From positions 211,048,001 through 211,112,000 of the forward strand of contig NC_091473.1 of assembly GCF_036971445.1 (NCBI RefSeq): 64,000 nucleotides of DNA, in the 5' to 3' direction. The notes beneath the pieces were generated by a model. That model saw nothing but the letters and a program-made list of their open reading frames with translations. It searched no databases and was not told the origin of the DNA. This stretch comes from Narcine bancroftii. Its lineage: Eukaryota. A program made the position numbers and the translations under genes. Positions 11,171-24,282 of this stretch are shown here, one piece after another (position 1 is the first letter of the stretch; each line of letters begins with the position of its first letter).

Positions 11171-12779
11171 GCTCACCTCTTTTGGCGAAACATCTTGAGA
11201 CCAACCCTGCTCGCAGCGCCAATTGTCTTGGGTAAACTTATACCTCTCATTTTGTTCATTTTAGATTGGTCACAGTATTTGAGCTACCAAAAGAAAATAG
11301 ACACACACACCGAGAGCAGTTCAGTTTATACAAGGTTTTATTACTAAATCTAAAGCTGATTTCACACTAAAATATGTAAGCCCTTCTCCATTATACTTAT
11401 CAACGCCTGGATTGGTCCCAACTGCCGAAGCGAGGCAACGACTGCGCACTTGTAGTAGGTTGTTGGGGTGCCGGTAGCAGCTTCTCCACCTCCATCCACC
11501 GGGACGTTAGCTGGACTCTTGAAGTTCTTCTTGCTGAGAGATGTCGCCACCTCTTGGAGAGTCTCAAACTTCAGCAGTGGGACCATGGCTTATATGACCC
11601 AAAAGTTGTTTATCAGATCTTATGTCTTTGAACAAATAATTTAATTATCTTCAAGGTCTCCTGACAGTCTGCGACCAACAAAAGAAAACTGCATCTCTTG
11701 ACCTCATGGTGGAAGTTGGATAATGTCTACTGATTCATATGCATCCCTTAGCCCCGTAGTGTAAATTAGATAATGTCTTCTGATTCAACTGCATCCTGGG
11801 CCCCATGGTGTAAATTGGATTATGTCTGCTGATTCTAAATAAGCAGGTTCTCAGCCTTGCAGCTGCAGAAGTAAAAAGCACAGTTTAAATCTTCCATTAC
11901 AAGCATGAAGCAGTTGAACACGCTCTGCAAGTGGGTCTGATTTGCTGAGTCTAACATGTTTTCTTAATAAGACTTCTTTGGGCTCAGATAGCCAAGTCGG
12001 CAAGATGGATCCAATCCTCGATTTTCTAGGGAAAGTAAAAAACACATTGGTGAGGATTTACATTAGTTGCTGTACAAAGCAGTGTACGAATAGAGTGTAA
12101 TGCCCCTGGCAGCACGTCTTGCCTGTGGCTGATGGGGAAACCTTTAGACTTCAGTGCAAGAGTGATAACTTTCCAGATTGTACCATTTCCATGGTCCACC
12201 TGACCATTACCCCAGGGGTTATAGCTTGTAGTTCGACTAGTAGTGATTCCCCTATCAAAAGGTATTGCCTAAATTCTGTACTCATGAAAGCTGATCCTCT
12301 GTCACTATGAATGAAGTTAGAATAACCAAAAATACTGAAAATCATATCAAGGCATAGCAGAAACGTCAGCACATGGTATAGTGAAGGGAAAACAAGAAGA
12401 ACCAGCAAGTATGATGCTTTAAAAAACTTCTATTACGTGTATATGGTATGTCCCATCGAGAAAGGGCAGCCAAACTATTACATATTAATGGGTTGGGAGA
12501 CCGCGCCCCATCATTTGTTATTCAAGCAGCACTTTTTAGAGTGAATGCCAGATGATATTAGGCTCTTGTTATCCAAATGTTTATTTGAAGACACAAGGGT
12601 TGTAGTGGTGGAGGCGGACATACTATGGCTGGTTAAAAACCACAGCAAGGAAAGACATCTGCACAACCGACCCCTCCGATTTTGACCCAGTGTCATACTC
12701 TAGTGCTCTTAGCACATCACTCCTTACAAGCAAGCAATGGCCCAAGACAAGCAAGCAGCATGCGGACACCTCATCTTGG

Positions 12780-15700
12780 TGTTATTAGCACAGGTGTTGG
12801 GGAGTAAATGCCTGCAAGTTCATTCCACTCTGCCTGTTTGCAGGTCCGCCCAGGCTGACTGTCAGTAAGGGCTGTGGCGGTTGGCAAGAAACATGCAAGC
12901 CTTCTGTATGTATGGGAATTGTTGTCCCAGTAAAAATTTCGAGTGGACACAGGTTGAGATGTTAGTGTATTTCCACCCACTGGTTTTGACACATGCCATC
13001 CTACCCTGGACCTGCAACTATGAGCAGTTACCAGTCCAACATTCCGACCTTTGGCACCAGGAAGATGAATGTCAAGTTCGAGAATCATCTCTACTCTTCG
13101 TCATTTATTATAGCAGCAGTATCCCGACCTTTGCAGATTTTCTTTGGGCTCATTCATTCCTTGACTTAAAAGGCTAATAGATGGATCTACTTTTCAAACT
13201 AGTCCTGTGGCAGACATCTATACCCCTGCTCTACACCTTCAAATATGAAATAAACCAATAGTTGAATTCTCCAAGCTGTTCGAAGATTTCCCTCCAATTT
13301 TCTGCCCCCACTGCGAAGCATGGTGTTAATCATCACATTTGTACTAAGGGCCCTCCTATCCATGCTAACACATGTCAGTTGCCTTCAGAGAAGCTGCACT
13401 TAGCTAAGGAAGAGTTTGCCAAGATAGAGGAACTAGGCATAATTTGTAGGTCCGACACTCCCTGGGCATCTCCATTACATATGGTCCCGAAACACAATGG
13501 AGATTGGCGACCTTGTGGAGGTTACAGGCAACTTAACAATGCCACCATCCCGGATCATTATCTGATACCTAATATTCAGGATTTCTCTGCTAATTTTCAT
13601 GGAGTGAAGATCTTCTCCAAATTAGACTTGGTGTGTGGCTATCACCAAGTACCAGTAGAGCCAGAAGACATTCCAAAAACAGCAATAATTACTCCATTTT
13701 GGTTGTTCAAATGTTAACAAAGCCATTCAGATTAAAGAATGCCGCTCAGTCATTTCAACGGGTGATGGATGGTATAGGACGTGGTATGACCAATGTCTTC
13801 ATTTACCTTTTTTTTTAAACTTTATTTATTCGTTCAAAAAACAAATAATATATGACATATACAGCAATTAAACAGGAACATGAATGTTTTTTAATATATA
13901 TAGAAAAAAAGAAAAAAGAACCCCCCCCCCTCCCCTTCAGCCAACTCTCTTAAGGAGAGCCATTAAAAAAAAATATTAAAAAAAAGTTAAATATACATGT
14001 TAAAATCTAATCAATATAAATTGAAATGTAAATATTCTGAGTATAACAGCCACTTATTAATAAAAAAATATAATTAACATGTGAAACATACGTAATTTTT
14101 TCCATTATTAAATAATATTTCATCTCATTATGCTATCTATTAATATCAATCATATTTGTATCTTTCCATGTACTAGCAATACATTTTTTTCACTACGGAC
14201 AAAGCTAAATATACAAAAGCAAGCTGGAATTTATCTAATTCCAAACCTTTCAGAGGTTGCAAACTACCCAATAAAAATACTATTGGATCTAAAACTATTT
14301 TAATCTTATACAGATATTCTAAACACGATTGAACTTTCTTCCAAAAAGATTGTATATGTATACATAACCAAACAGCATGAAAAAAAGTTCCAACCATATC
14401 ACCACATCTAAAACACAAATCTGATTCATTAAAACCATATTTTTAAAATTTTTCAGGTGTCAAATATAATTGATGTAAAAATTTGTAATTAATCATTGCA
14501 TAACATGCATTTATCAATCTAGTTACACTATCATAACAGATATCTAATCAAGCCTCTTCAGAAAAAATAAAACCAATATCCACTTCCCATTTAATTGTAG
14601 ATCTATCCCAACCCTTTTTTATCCATACCATTCAGCATATTTGATACATAAGTGAAATATAACCCTTCTCTGGTACCTTCATAAGAAAAGTCTCAAATTT
14701 AGTCATTTTAGGTAAAATCATATCTCTACCAAACATACATTTTACCAAAGATCGAATTTGATAATAAAGAAATAAAGAATTCTTATCAATACCAAAATCT
14801 TCCCTCATCTGATTAAAAGACAAAAACTTACCCTCTTTAAAACAATCTCCCAAATTTTTCACACCTTTAAATCTCCAATGCAATAAACTTTGATTATTTA
14901 TTGAAAAAGAAATGTTGATTATTATACAATGGAGTCAAAGCCAATAATTTACCCCTAGAGCCTATCATTTTATTTTTCTTTATCCATAACTTCATTAAAT
15001 GTTTTATTTAGGCACATTATGTTTTTTCAGTATAGACACATTATATTGTTATGTCTTCATTTACCTTGATGGCATTTTTGTGGCCACTGGGATAAAGGAA
15101 GAACATTTGGAACATCTTTGTACACAATTCATTCATCTTCAAAAGTTGGAACTGACCTTCAATCTGGATAAATGCATTTTTGAAAAGAAATTATTGATTT
15201 CTTGGGGCATAGGAGTACTCAGGAAGGCCTGATTCTGCTGCCATCCAAAGTTGAGGTCATGACCAAGTACTCAAGACCTGCTACAATTAAAACCCTGACA
15301 GAGTTCTTGGGAATGGTAAAATTTTATCAGCAGTTTCTTTTGGGAGCAGCTTATATCATGAAGCCTCTTTTTGATTTACTGTATGGAAACAACAGAACCA
15401 TCCATTGGACTGAAGAGGGAAACAATGCTTTCTTAAAGACTAAAGATTTGCAGACCTGTGCCACTATGCTCAGCTACCCAGTTTTAAATGTAGCCACCGC
15501 CCTTTCTACAGAAGCTTCCAGTATGGCTGGAGGAGGTGCACTTCATCAATATGTCAATGGGCAATGGAAACCATTAGCATTCTTCAGCCGCCATCTTCAT
15601 GAAGTAAAGAAGAAATGCAGTGCTTTTTATAAGGAGCTTTTGGCCATTTACTTGTCTATTTGACACTTGTTATTTTTTGGAGGGCAGATAATTTACTATG

Positions 15701-17210
15701 AACACTGACCACAAGCCCTTAACATTTGCATTTTCAAAGGTCGCAGAGTCCTGGCCAGCTCAACAACAATGGCAATTATCATTCATTTCAGAATTCTCTA
15801 CAAAAACACATATTTCTGGAAAAGACAATGTAGTAACAGATGCACTTTCCTGTTCTGCTCCACTTGAGGTTTCATCCACAGATCAAGGTATTGACTACAC
15901 AGCTTTGGCCACGGCTCAAGAACATGACCATGAGATGAATGCTTATCGGACTGTATTCACGAACCTGCAATTAAAAATGTCCAGTTTGGAGTTAACAGCA
16001 AACTACTCCTCCATGATATATCAACGGTACTCCCATGCCCAGTAGTTCCAGCATCATGGAAACCTCAAGTATTTGACTCTGTGCATGGTGTCTCGCATCT
16101 ATCGATTTGATCGACTGTTTGTATGGTTTTGGACAGGTTCGTGTGGTACAGTCTTTAAAAAAAGATGTTACACAAATGGTAAGGTCTTGCATTGCCTGCC
16201 AAAAAACAAAAGTTTAGAAGCATACCATGATACCACTGCAGTCCTTCCTGGCAGTTACTCAGCGTTTTGCTAATTTCCACATGGATATCCCTGGTCTTCT
16301 TCCTGGTTTAAGAGGATATTGTTATCTTTTTACAGTAATAGGTTTACGCAGTGGCCCGAGCCCGTGCCTATGGTAGATGCTACTACAGATACTTGTGCTC
16401 AGGCATTCCTCAGTTCCTGGGTATGTCATTTTGGTTTACTGGTACATATTACTTCGGATAGAGGACCACAATTTACTTTCTCACTGTGGATGACCTTGTC
16501 TCACTTGCTCTGTTCAAAAATTCATCATACAAATGGCTATCATTCCCAGACCAATGGAACGATGGAAATATTTAATTGACATCTGAAGTCAGCCTTGATG
16601 GCTCAATTAGACGGCCCGAATTGAGCTGATGAGCTGCCCTGGATATTACTGTGCATTAGAACAACTCCAAGGGAGGACCTCCAAGATTCATCTGCAGAGC
16701 TTGTGTATGGCACCCCATTGGTGGTTCCAGGGGAGTTCATCCCCAACCATCCAACTCCAGTGATGATCCTAAGGAACTGTTAAGCAGGCTAAGTGAGACT
16801 GTAGGAAAACCGACCCCAATATCACCGTCGTCACATGGAGAACACATTTTTGTGCCTGAAGAACTCAAACTGCAAATGTCTTCATCCAAAGGGGAACACT
16901 TTGTCAACCTTTACAGATGACTTACAAAGAACCTGATAGGATATTCAAATAAACTAGGTCAACATGTATTTTGGACATTGGAGGAAAGCCACTGTCTTTC
17001 ACTATTGATAGGCTTAAACCAATTCATGTGGGCCAATTTTTCCCACTGCAGCAGCAAACAGTCTGTATAGAGGTGAATACCTAAAAGACAGACAAACCTT
17101 TCTGCTGGTTCTGATGTATGTAGGGGGTCCATGTACCAGTGCTTTGGCAGCACTACAACTCCCAGGAGGAATCGAACCAGCCATGTGATGATGTCAGTGC
17201 GCATCAAGAG
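12780..17210 (+). mobile_element. Ty3/Gypsy remnant (CsRn1-like pol), degenerate
   Basis: [40 protein letters not shown]. RNase H WKPLAFFSR, ELLAIYLSI, TDHKPL. Integrase ITSDRGPQF. Many stops and frameshifts. Confidence 0.85.
13810..15050 (-). mobile_element. L1 3' fragment inserted in the Gypsy RT
   Basis: Poly-T at the left end, L1 C-terminal cysteine-rich motif CFRCGDMVGTFFHAVWLC, and TSD ATGTCTTCATTTACCTT at 13793-13809 and 15051-15067. Confidence 0.85.
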
Positions 17211-17256
17211 TGTGATTCTGGCTTATAAAAGGTGGCACAGGTAATGAAGAGTAAAC

Positions 17257-20200
17257 CCCTAGGAAGACCAGAATTACAGGAAGAAATGGAAATAGAAAGG
17301 GCACACAGAACATTAGCCCCTAAACCACAACCACAACAAAAACCAAGATCCATTCTAGTAACATTCTTAAGATGTACAACAAGAGAAAATATATTGGAGA
17401 AAGCAATGAGGAAAATAAGAGAAGACAAAAAAAACCACTGGAATACAAAGGCCAAAAAAATTTTTTCTATCCAGATATAAGTTTTGAACTGAAGAAGAGG
17501 AAGGAGTTTAATACAGCAAAAACGATCTTATGGAAAAAAGGATATAAATTTATGCTAAAGTATCCAGCAGTACTTAAAATAGTTATTCCAGGGCAGCAAA
17601 ACAGACTATTCTTGGATCCGGAGGAAGCAAGAAAATTTGCAGAACAACTACAAAACAGACAGAGAGAGGAAGATATGTAATGAGAACAAAAATGTGTGTA
17701 TGTATATATAAAAAAAATTGAATATAGGTAAGAACTAAGAAGGGAAGGAAAGGGAAGAAAGGAAGTATGGGGAGAATTAAGAGTTCATATATAACCTTTG
17801 TTATATATGAAGATTAAAATCTTTTCAGGGGGGCTGGGTGGGGAAGAGTTACGGTCATTGCGAAATCAGTTGACGCTTGCGAGTGAATTTGCAAATCCAA
17901 ATGGAGAGGGGAGATGTGGTTGCCCGACAAGGGACAAAGGGCAACTCAGGAAGGGGAGGGGATAGTGGGGTTAAAGGAATTTTAGATAGGAGAATAAGGG
18001 AAATGTTTTATGTTTTAGAAATGTTGTCTTATAAAGTGTTCAAAAAAAGAAAGCAGAAATGGATAAGAAGGAAAGGTGATGATGAGGAAACAGAAAGGAA
18101 AGAAAAACAAAGTATGAAATGGCTATGTTGAACTATATGACTAAATATTAATGGAATACATAACCAAATCAAAAGGAAGAAACTGCTAAATTTACTGAAA
18201 AAAGAAAAAAATTGATATAGCATTCGTACAAGAAACACACTTAACTGAAGTGGAACACAAGAAATTAAAGAGAGATTGGATAGGACATGTAACAGCAGCG
18301 TCATATAATTCAAAAGCTAGAGGAGTAGCTACATTAATCAGTAAAAATGTACCAATTAAAATAGAAGAGGAAATAATAGATCCAGCAGGGAGATATGTAA
18401 TGATAAAATGTCAGATATATTCAGAGTTTTGGAATTTACTCAATGTATATTCACCTAACGAAGAAGATCAAAAATTTATGCAAGATTTTTTTTGAAGATA
18501 GCAGACACGCAAGGGAACATACTAATAGGAGGGGATTTCAACCTTAATTTGGATTCAAACATGGATAAAACTGGGGAAAAAAATTAACAGAAAGAACAAA
18601 GTAACCAAATTTATAATTAAATCGATGCAAGAAATGCAACTTTTGGATATATGGAGGAAACAACACCCAAAGGAAAAGGAATATTCATATTATTCGGGTA
18701 GACATAAAACATACTCAAGAATAGACCTATTCCTGTTATCAGCTCACATGCAAGAGAGAGTTAGGAAAACAGAATATAAAGCTAGACTATTATCGGACCA
18801 CTCACCCCTGTTATTGACAATAGAGTTAGAGGACATCCCACCAAGAATGTATAGATGGAGATTAAACTCCATGCTACTTAAAAGGCAGGATTTTAGAGAA
18901 TTAATTGAACGACAAATTAAAATGTACTTTGAAATAAATACAGAATCAGTGAAAGATAAGTTTATACTATGGGACGCAATGAACGCGTTCATCAGAGGGC
19001 AAATAATAAGTTATGTAACTAAGATGAAGAAGGGCTACAATAAGGAAACAGAGCAGTTGGAAAGGGAAATAGTAACTATAGAAAAAGAATTAGCAATGAA
19101 GGAAGACATAACTAAAAGAAGAGAATTGGCAGATAAAAAAATAAAATATGAAACACTACAAACACATAAGGTGGAGAAGAACATAATGAAGACAAAACAG
19201 AAATATTATGAACTAGGAGAAAAAACGCACAAAATTCTAGCATGGCAGCTTAAGACAGAACAAACTTAGAGAATGGTATTGGCATCAAGGAAAAAAGACA
19301 AACAAATCACATATAATCCAACGGAGATTAATGAAAACCAGAGAATTCTACGAACAATTATATCAAACTGAAAACGAAGGGAAAGAAGACAAAATAGATG
19401 AATTTTTAACTAAAATTGAACTACCGAAATTACAAACAGAGGAACAAAATAAATTAACAGAACCATTTGAAGTAGAATAAATACAAGAGATAATAAAAAA
19501 AAACTACCGAATAATAAAACACCAGGAGAGGATGGATTCCCAATAGAATTCTATAAAACATTTAAAGATTTATTAATTCCTCCCCTTCTGGAAGTAATTA
19601 ACCAGATTGATAAAACACAAAGCTTACCAGATTCATGCAAAACAGCAATAATTACAGTAATACCAAAGACAGGGAAAGATCCACTCGCACCTGCGTCATA
19701 TAGACCAATTTCTTTACTTACACAGATTATAAGATAATAGCTAAACTATCAGCAAACAGATTAGCCGACTATGTACCAAAAATAGTAAATCTAGACCAAA
19801 CTGGATTTATTAAAAAAAGACGAACAACAGACAATATTTGTAAATTTATTAACTTAATTCATGCAGTAGAAGGAAATAAAGCTCCAACAGTAGCGGTTGC
19901 TTTAGATGCAGAGAAGGCCTTTGACAGAGTAGAATGGAATTATTTATTAAAAGTATTACAAAAATTCAGTTTACCAGAGAAGTATATTAATTGGATTAAA
20001 GCATTATATAAGGGGTCATTGGCGAAAGTGACAGTAAATGGATATATATCAAAGCAATTTAACTTAAGCAGATCAACAAGGCAGGGATGCCCACTATCGC
20101 CCTTATTGTTCGCGTTAGCCATAGAACCACTGGCAGAATTGATAAGAACAGAAAATAAAATAAAAGGGATAAAAATAAAAGACAAGGAATATAAAATCAG

Positions 20201-22153
20201 TTTATTTGCAGATGATGTTATAGTATACTTAACTGAACCAGAAATATCAATAAAAGAATTATGTAAGAAATTGAAGGAATATGGAGAAGTGTCGGGGTAC
20301 AAGATTAACGCAAATAAAAGTGAAGCAATGCCAATGAATAATGCGGATTTCTCAAAATTTAAGAAAGAATCACCATTCAGATGGCAAACGCAAGCAATGC
20401 GATACCTAGGTATACAAATAAATAAAAACCTCAGCCATCTATATAAACTCAATTATTATCCACTAATGAAAAAATTGCAAGATGACTTAGAGCATTGGAA
20501 GGACTTACCACTAACACTGATAGGAAGGATAAACTGTATTAAAATGAACATTTTCCCAAGGATACAATACTTATTTCAGGCATTACCAATATGCTTAACA
20601 GAGAAATTCTTCAAGGAGTTAAAGAAAATAATAACGAAATTTTTATGGAAAGGGGGGAAACCGAGGATAGCACTAGATAAATTAACAGAAGGAGGCTTAC
20701 AACTACCAAACTTTAAAAATTATTATAGAGCCGCACAATTAAGATACCTATCAGATTTTTATCAAACAAGGGAAAAGCCAGATTGGACTAGATTAGAACT
20801 AGATAAAATCGGGGAGAAGATACCTGAACATATATTATATAAATGGGATGAAAAATTGGTACAACGTAGGAATTCTCCAGTATTGCATCATCTGCTCAAC
20901 ATTTGGAAGAAGATTCATGTCGAAAGGAATAAAACAAATTACCAACTACCAAAACTAATACTGACACAAAAATCAGCAAATCCCTTTTACAATAGATAAC
21001 CTTTCCTTTAGAGAATGGGAGAAAAAAGGGATCAAAAGAATAGAAAATTGTTTTTCGGGAAATAAATTATTATCCTTTGAACAAATGAAGGATAAGTATA
21101 ATATAACTCACGATACAGTGTTGACATACTACCAACTGAAATCCTACTTGAAGGACAAATTGGGAAGCAGTCTGAGGTTACCAGAGGGTAGTAATTTTGA
21201 ATATGTGATTACAGACACAATGATAATCAAAAAATTTGTAACAAACGTGTATATTAAACTACAAGAAAAGGAGAATGAGGAAACAAATGGTAAAACTAAA
21301 CAAAAATTGGAACAAGATCTAAACATAAAGATAAAGAATGAAACATGGGAGAAGTTATGCTCAGGAACTATGAGAAATACAATAAACACGAGGTTATGTA
21401 TGATACAATATAACTGGATACACAGGCTATACATTACACCTCAAAAGTTAAATAAATGGGACCCAACAGTATCTGACAGATGTTTTCGCTGTAAAAAGGA
21501 AATGGGAACAACAATTCATGCAATTTGGACATGAGAGAAAGTGAAAAAATTTTGGGAAGATCTAAACCAGATATTAAATAAAATCACAAAAAGCAATATA
21601 CCAAAAAAAAACAGAGATCTTCCTCCTAAGTAACATAAAAAAACAAAGAATTTGGACTCGATTTGGATGGAGCACAGAAAAGATTTGTTATGATAGCCCT
21701 AGCTGTAGCAAAAAAATGTATTATGTCAACCTGGAAATTAGAAGATAACTTGAGAATACAACAATGGTATATAGAAATGAATAAATGTATTCCATTAGAA
21801 AAAATAACCCATAATTTAAGAAATAACATTACAATATTTGAACAAATATGGGAGCCATACATGAAACATAATAGAGAAAACCTACCGTGGACATTTACCA
21901 CCTAAAATGACAGAAGGAGAAGAGAATGAAAAGAACTGACTGAGTGGAATATCTTGTTTATTTTTATTGAGTGACAACATTGTTTGACGGGTTTAATGTA
22001 TCTTATATTCTGAACTTTAAATAAATGGGAGGGGAGGGAAGGGGGGCGGGTGAGAAAATGACACTATATATTTAAGAAGGAAAATGTATGTATCTTGATC
22101 AATATGGTTTATAGTGTGAAAAATAAAAAATTTAAAAAAAAATAAAAAAAAAA
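17257..22153 (+). mobile_element. L1 LINE, 5'-truncated in ORF1, with a near-complete but frameshifted ORF2
   Basis: ORF1 C-terminus EIERAHR...FYPDIS...LKYPAVL (to 17680). ORF2 about 18119-21905 with endonuclease QETH, GGDFN, SRID, SDH; RT DAEKAFD, RQGCPLSP, LFADD; C-terminal CFRC. A-rich tail at about 22120-22153. Confidence 0.9.
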
Positions 22154-22209
22154 TACAAAGAGCTGGAGCTGCAAGGAAAAGCCCCATCAGAACAATCTGG
22201 ATCCAACTC

Positions 22210-22935
22210 ATCGTCGCCAGGCACCAATTGGGAGGACAACACCTTATATCCTGTGTCCACAATCTCAAACCAGACGGCATGAACGTTGACTTCCAATTTC
22301 TATTAACCCACTTTCATTTTTCTTTCCCTCATCTCTCTGTCCCCTTTCCTCCAGTTCCCCATCCACTTCCCTGCCTTCTCCAGTCAGAAACCCTCTGACC
22401 TCTTGTCTGTCACTTCTCAGCTTTCTCTTCTCTCCTCCCACCTGTATCCACTTATAACCTCTTACCAGTTCACCTGTGCTGCTCCTCCCTCCTTTTTTAT
22501 TCAGGCGACTGCCCGATTTTCCACATTCCTGACGAAGGGCCCAAGTCCAAAGCGTTGACTGTCTTTCCCTTCCTGTGGATGCTGTGAGTCCTGCTGAGTT
22601 TCTCCAGCTCTATTGTGCATTGCATCTTATATTCCATCCTGACACTCTCCAACTAGGTGACATCAATATCAACCTCCAGTTTCTGTTATTCTTGTCCCCC
22701 TCCTCCAGTTCCTCAACCCCTTCACTTCCTTCTCCCATCAGATGTCCTTAACCCTCTCTCCTGCACTTCTCAGCTTCTCACTCTTCTACCCTCCCATTAG
22801 TGTCCACATTTAAGCGTCTGCTACCCACTTTCCCTTCACCTTTTTATTTGGGCATCTGCCTCATTTTTGTAACACTTGGCGAAGGGCTCAACCCCAAAAT
22901 GTAAACTGTCTTTTACTTTCCATGGATGCTATGTT
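22210..22935 (+). mobile_element. Penelope-like element fragments (GIY-YIG C-terminus and repeat ends)
   Basis: Degenerate QHLI...LKPDGMNVDF coding remnant followed by the ...gatgctg...tgctgagtttctccagc end motif. Similar pieces lie at about 28050-28500, 29050-29450, 35740-36050, 48530-48950, 49560-49740 and 52190-52450. Confidence 0.55.
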
Positions 22936-23080
22936 TCCTCTAATTATCTGAGGTTGGAGCGCAGTTCAAAGCAATCAACTGCAAAAACCAAAGGGAACTT
23001 GCACAGTTAAATCTCGACCAGCAGTTAATGACATTGATGTCTTCTGTCTGCTTTATAATCTCGACACAAAAGTCCAGTCA

Positions 23081-23610
<530 letters not shown>

Positions 23611-24282
23611 GTCAGCTATTCGTCTAAAGTTCAGTTCTTGCACTCAATGGGTGTAGGGTTTCTCCATGTGGTGTTCCACGTGCTCCTAATCCACCGATGA
23701 AGCTGGCCGATATCAAGGTTTGGAGGAATCCAGTTGGTGTGTCAGACCACAACGTGGTGTTGCCTGAAGCTTCCTGCCTGGAAACACACTGCTTTCTTAA
23801 CCCTGTGAAGAGAAGATAATGGAGTGAGAGGGAGAAAGACATTCTCTGCAGCCAATGTTCCAGGATGACACACCCTGGAGGCATGGCCAGTAACATGACA
23901 AACTGTGGAAGTGTCCTGAACTATGAGGAGGATCTCAACAGACAGGTAGACACATGGTGGGTGAAATTTAGCACAGAGAAACGTGTGATACATTTTAATG
24001 GAAAAAAAGAGGCAACAACTATTAGACAGCAAGGAACATTTTATGAACCCACAGATATACTGTTAAATGGAATCTAGTTCTGTGAACAACATTTTAGTCA
24101 TGGCAGATGACTTCATTATTACCCAGAATCCTTAACCGTCAAGAAATTGCTCTGTTCATTGTGATGTCAAAAGAATGAGCAACTTCCAACCAATCGGAAC
24201 CACCCAACATATCAATAGTTACATTGGAGTCCTTTCACTCAACTACTATTACCGCACTTGACACTGTCAAAGTATCAACAAT

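Larger units (their letters stand above)
6105..11901 (-). mobile_element. ERV-A: defective class III (HERV-S/ERV-L-like) provirus
   Basis: LTRs at 6105-6764 and 11224-11901. PBS TGGCGCTGCGAGCAGGGT at 11204-11221 (tRNA-Ser-like). PPT AAGGGGTGGAA at 6765-6775. Remnants of gag, pro, pol and env are in retroviral order. Confidence 0.9.
5451..12410 (-). mobile_element. Ty3/Gypsy remnant (integrase plus putative short 3' LTR), split by ERV-A
   Basis: Integrase motifs IHSDRGSAFMS, TTSYNP and RKHVRLSKSDPLAERVQLLHA lie at 11902-12410. They continue as YAHVALPDGREDTISLRDMA and RRSTRISKPPQRL at 5790-6104. A PPT GGGGAGAA precedes a TG...CA element at 5451-5587 that contains AATAAA. Confidence 0.7.

Noticed and set aside
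6098-11906. AGCAT as a 5-bp TSD of ERV-A
   Set aside because: The left copy is offset by 2 nt from the degraded LTR end, and both copies can be explained by native Gypsy integrase codons (HA...YA). Not accepted as a firm TSD.
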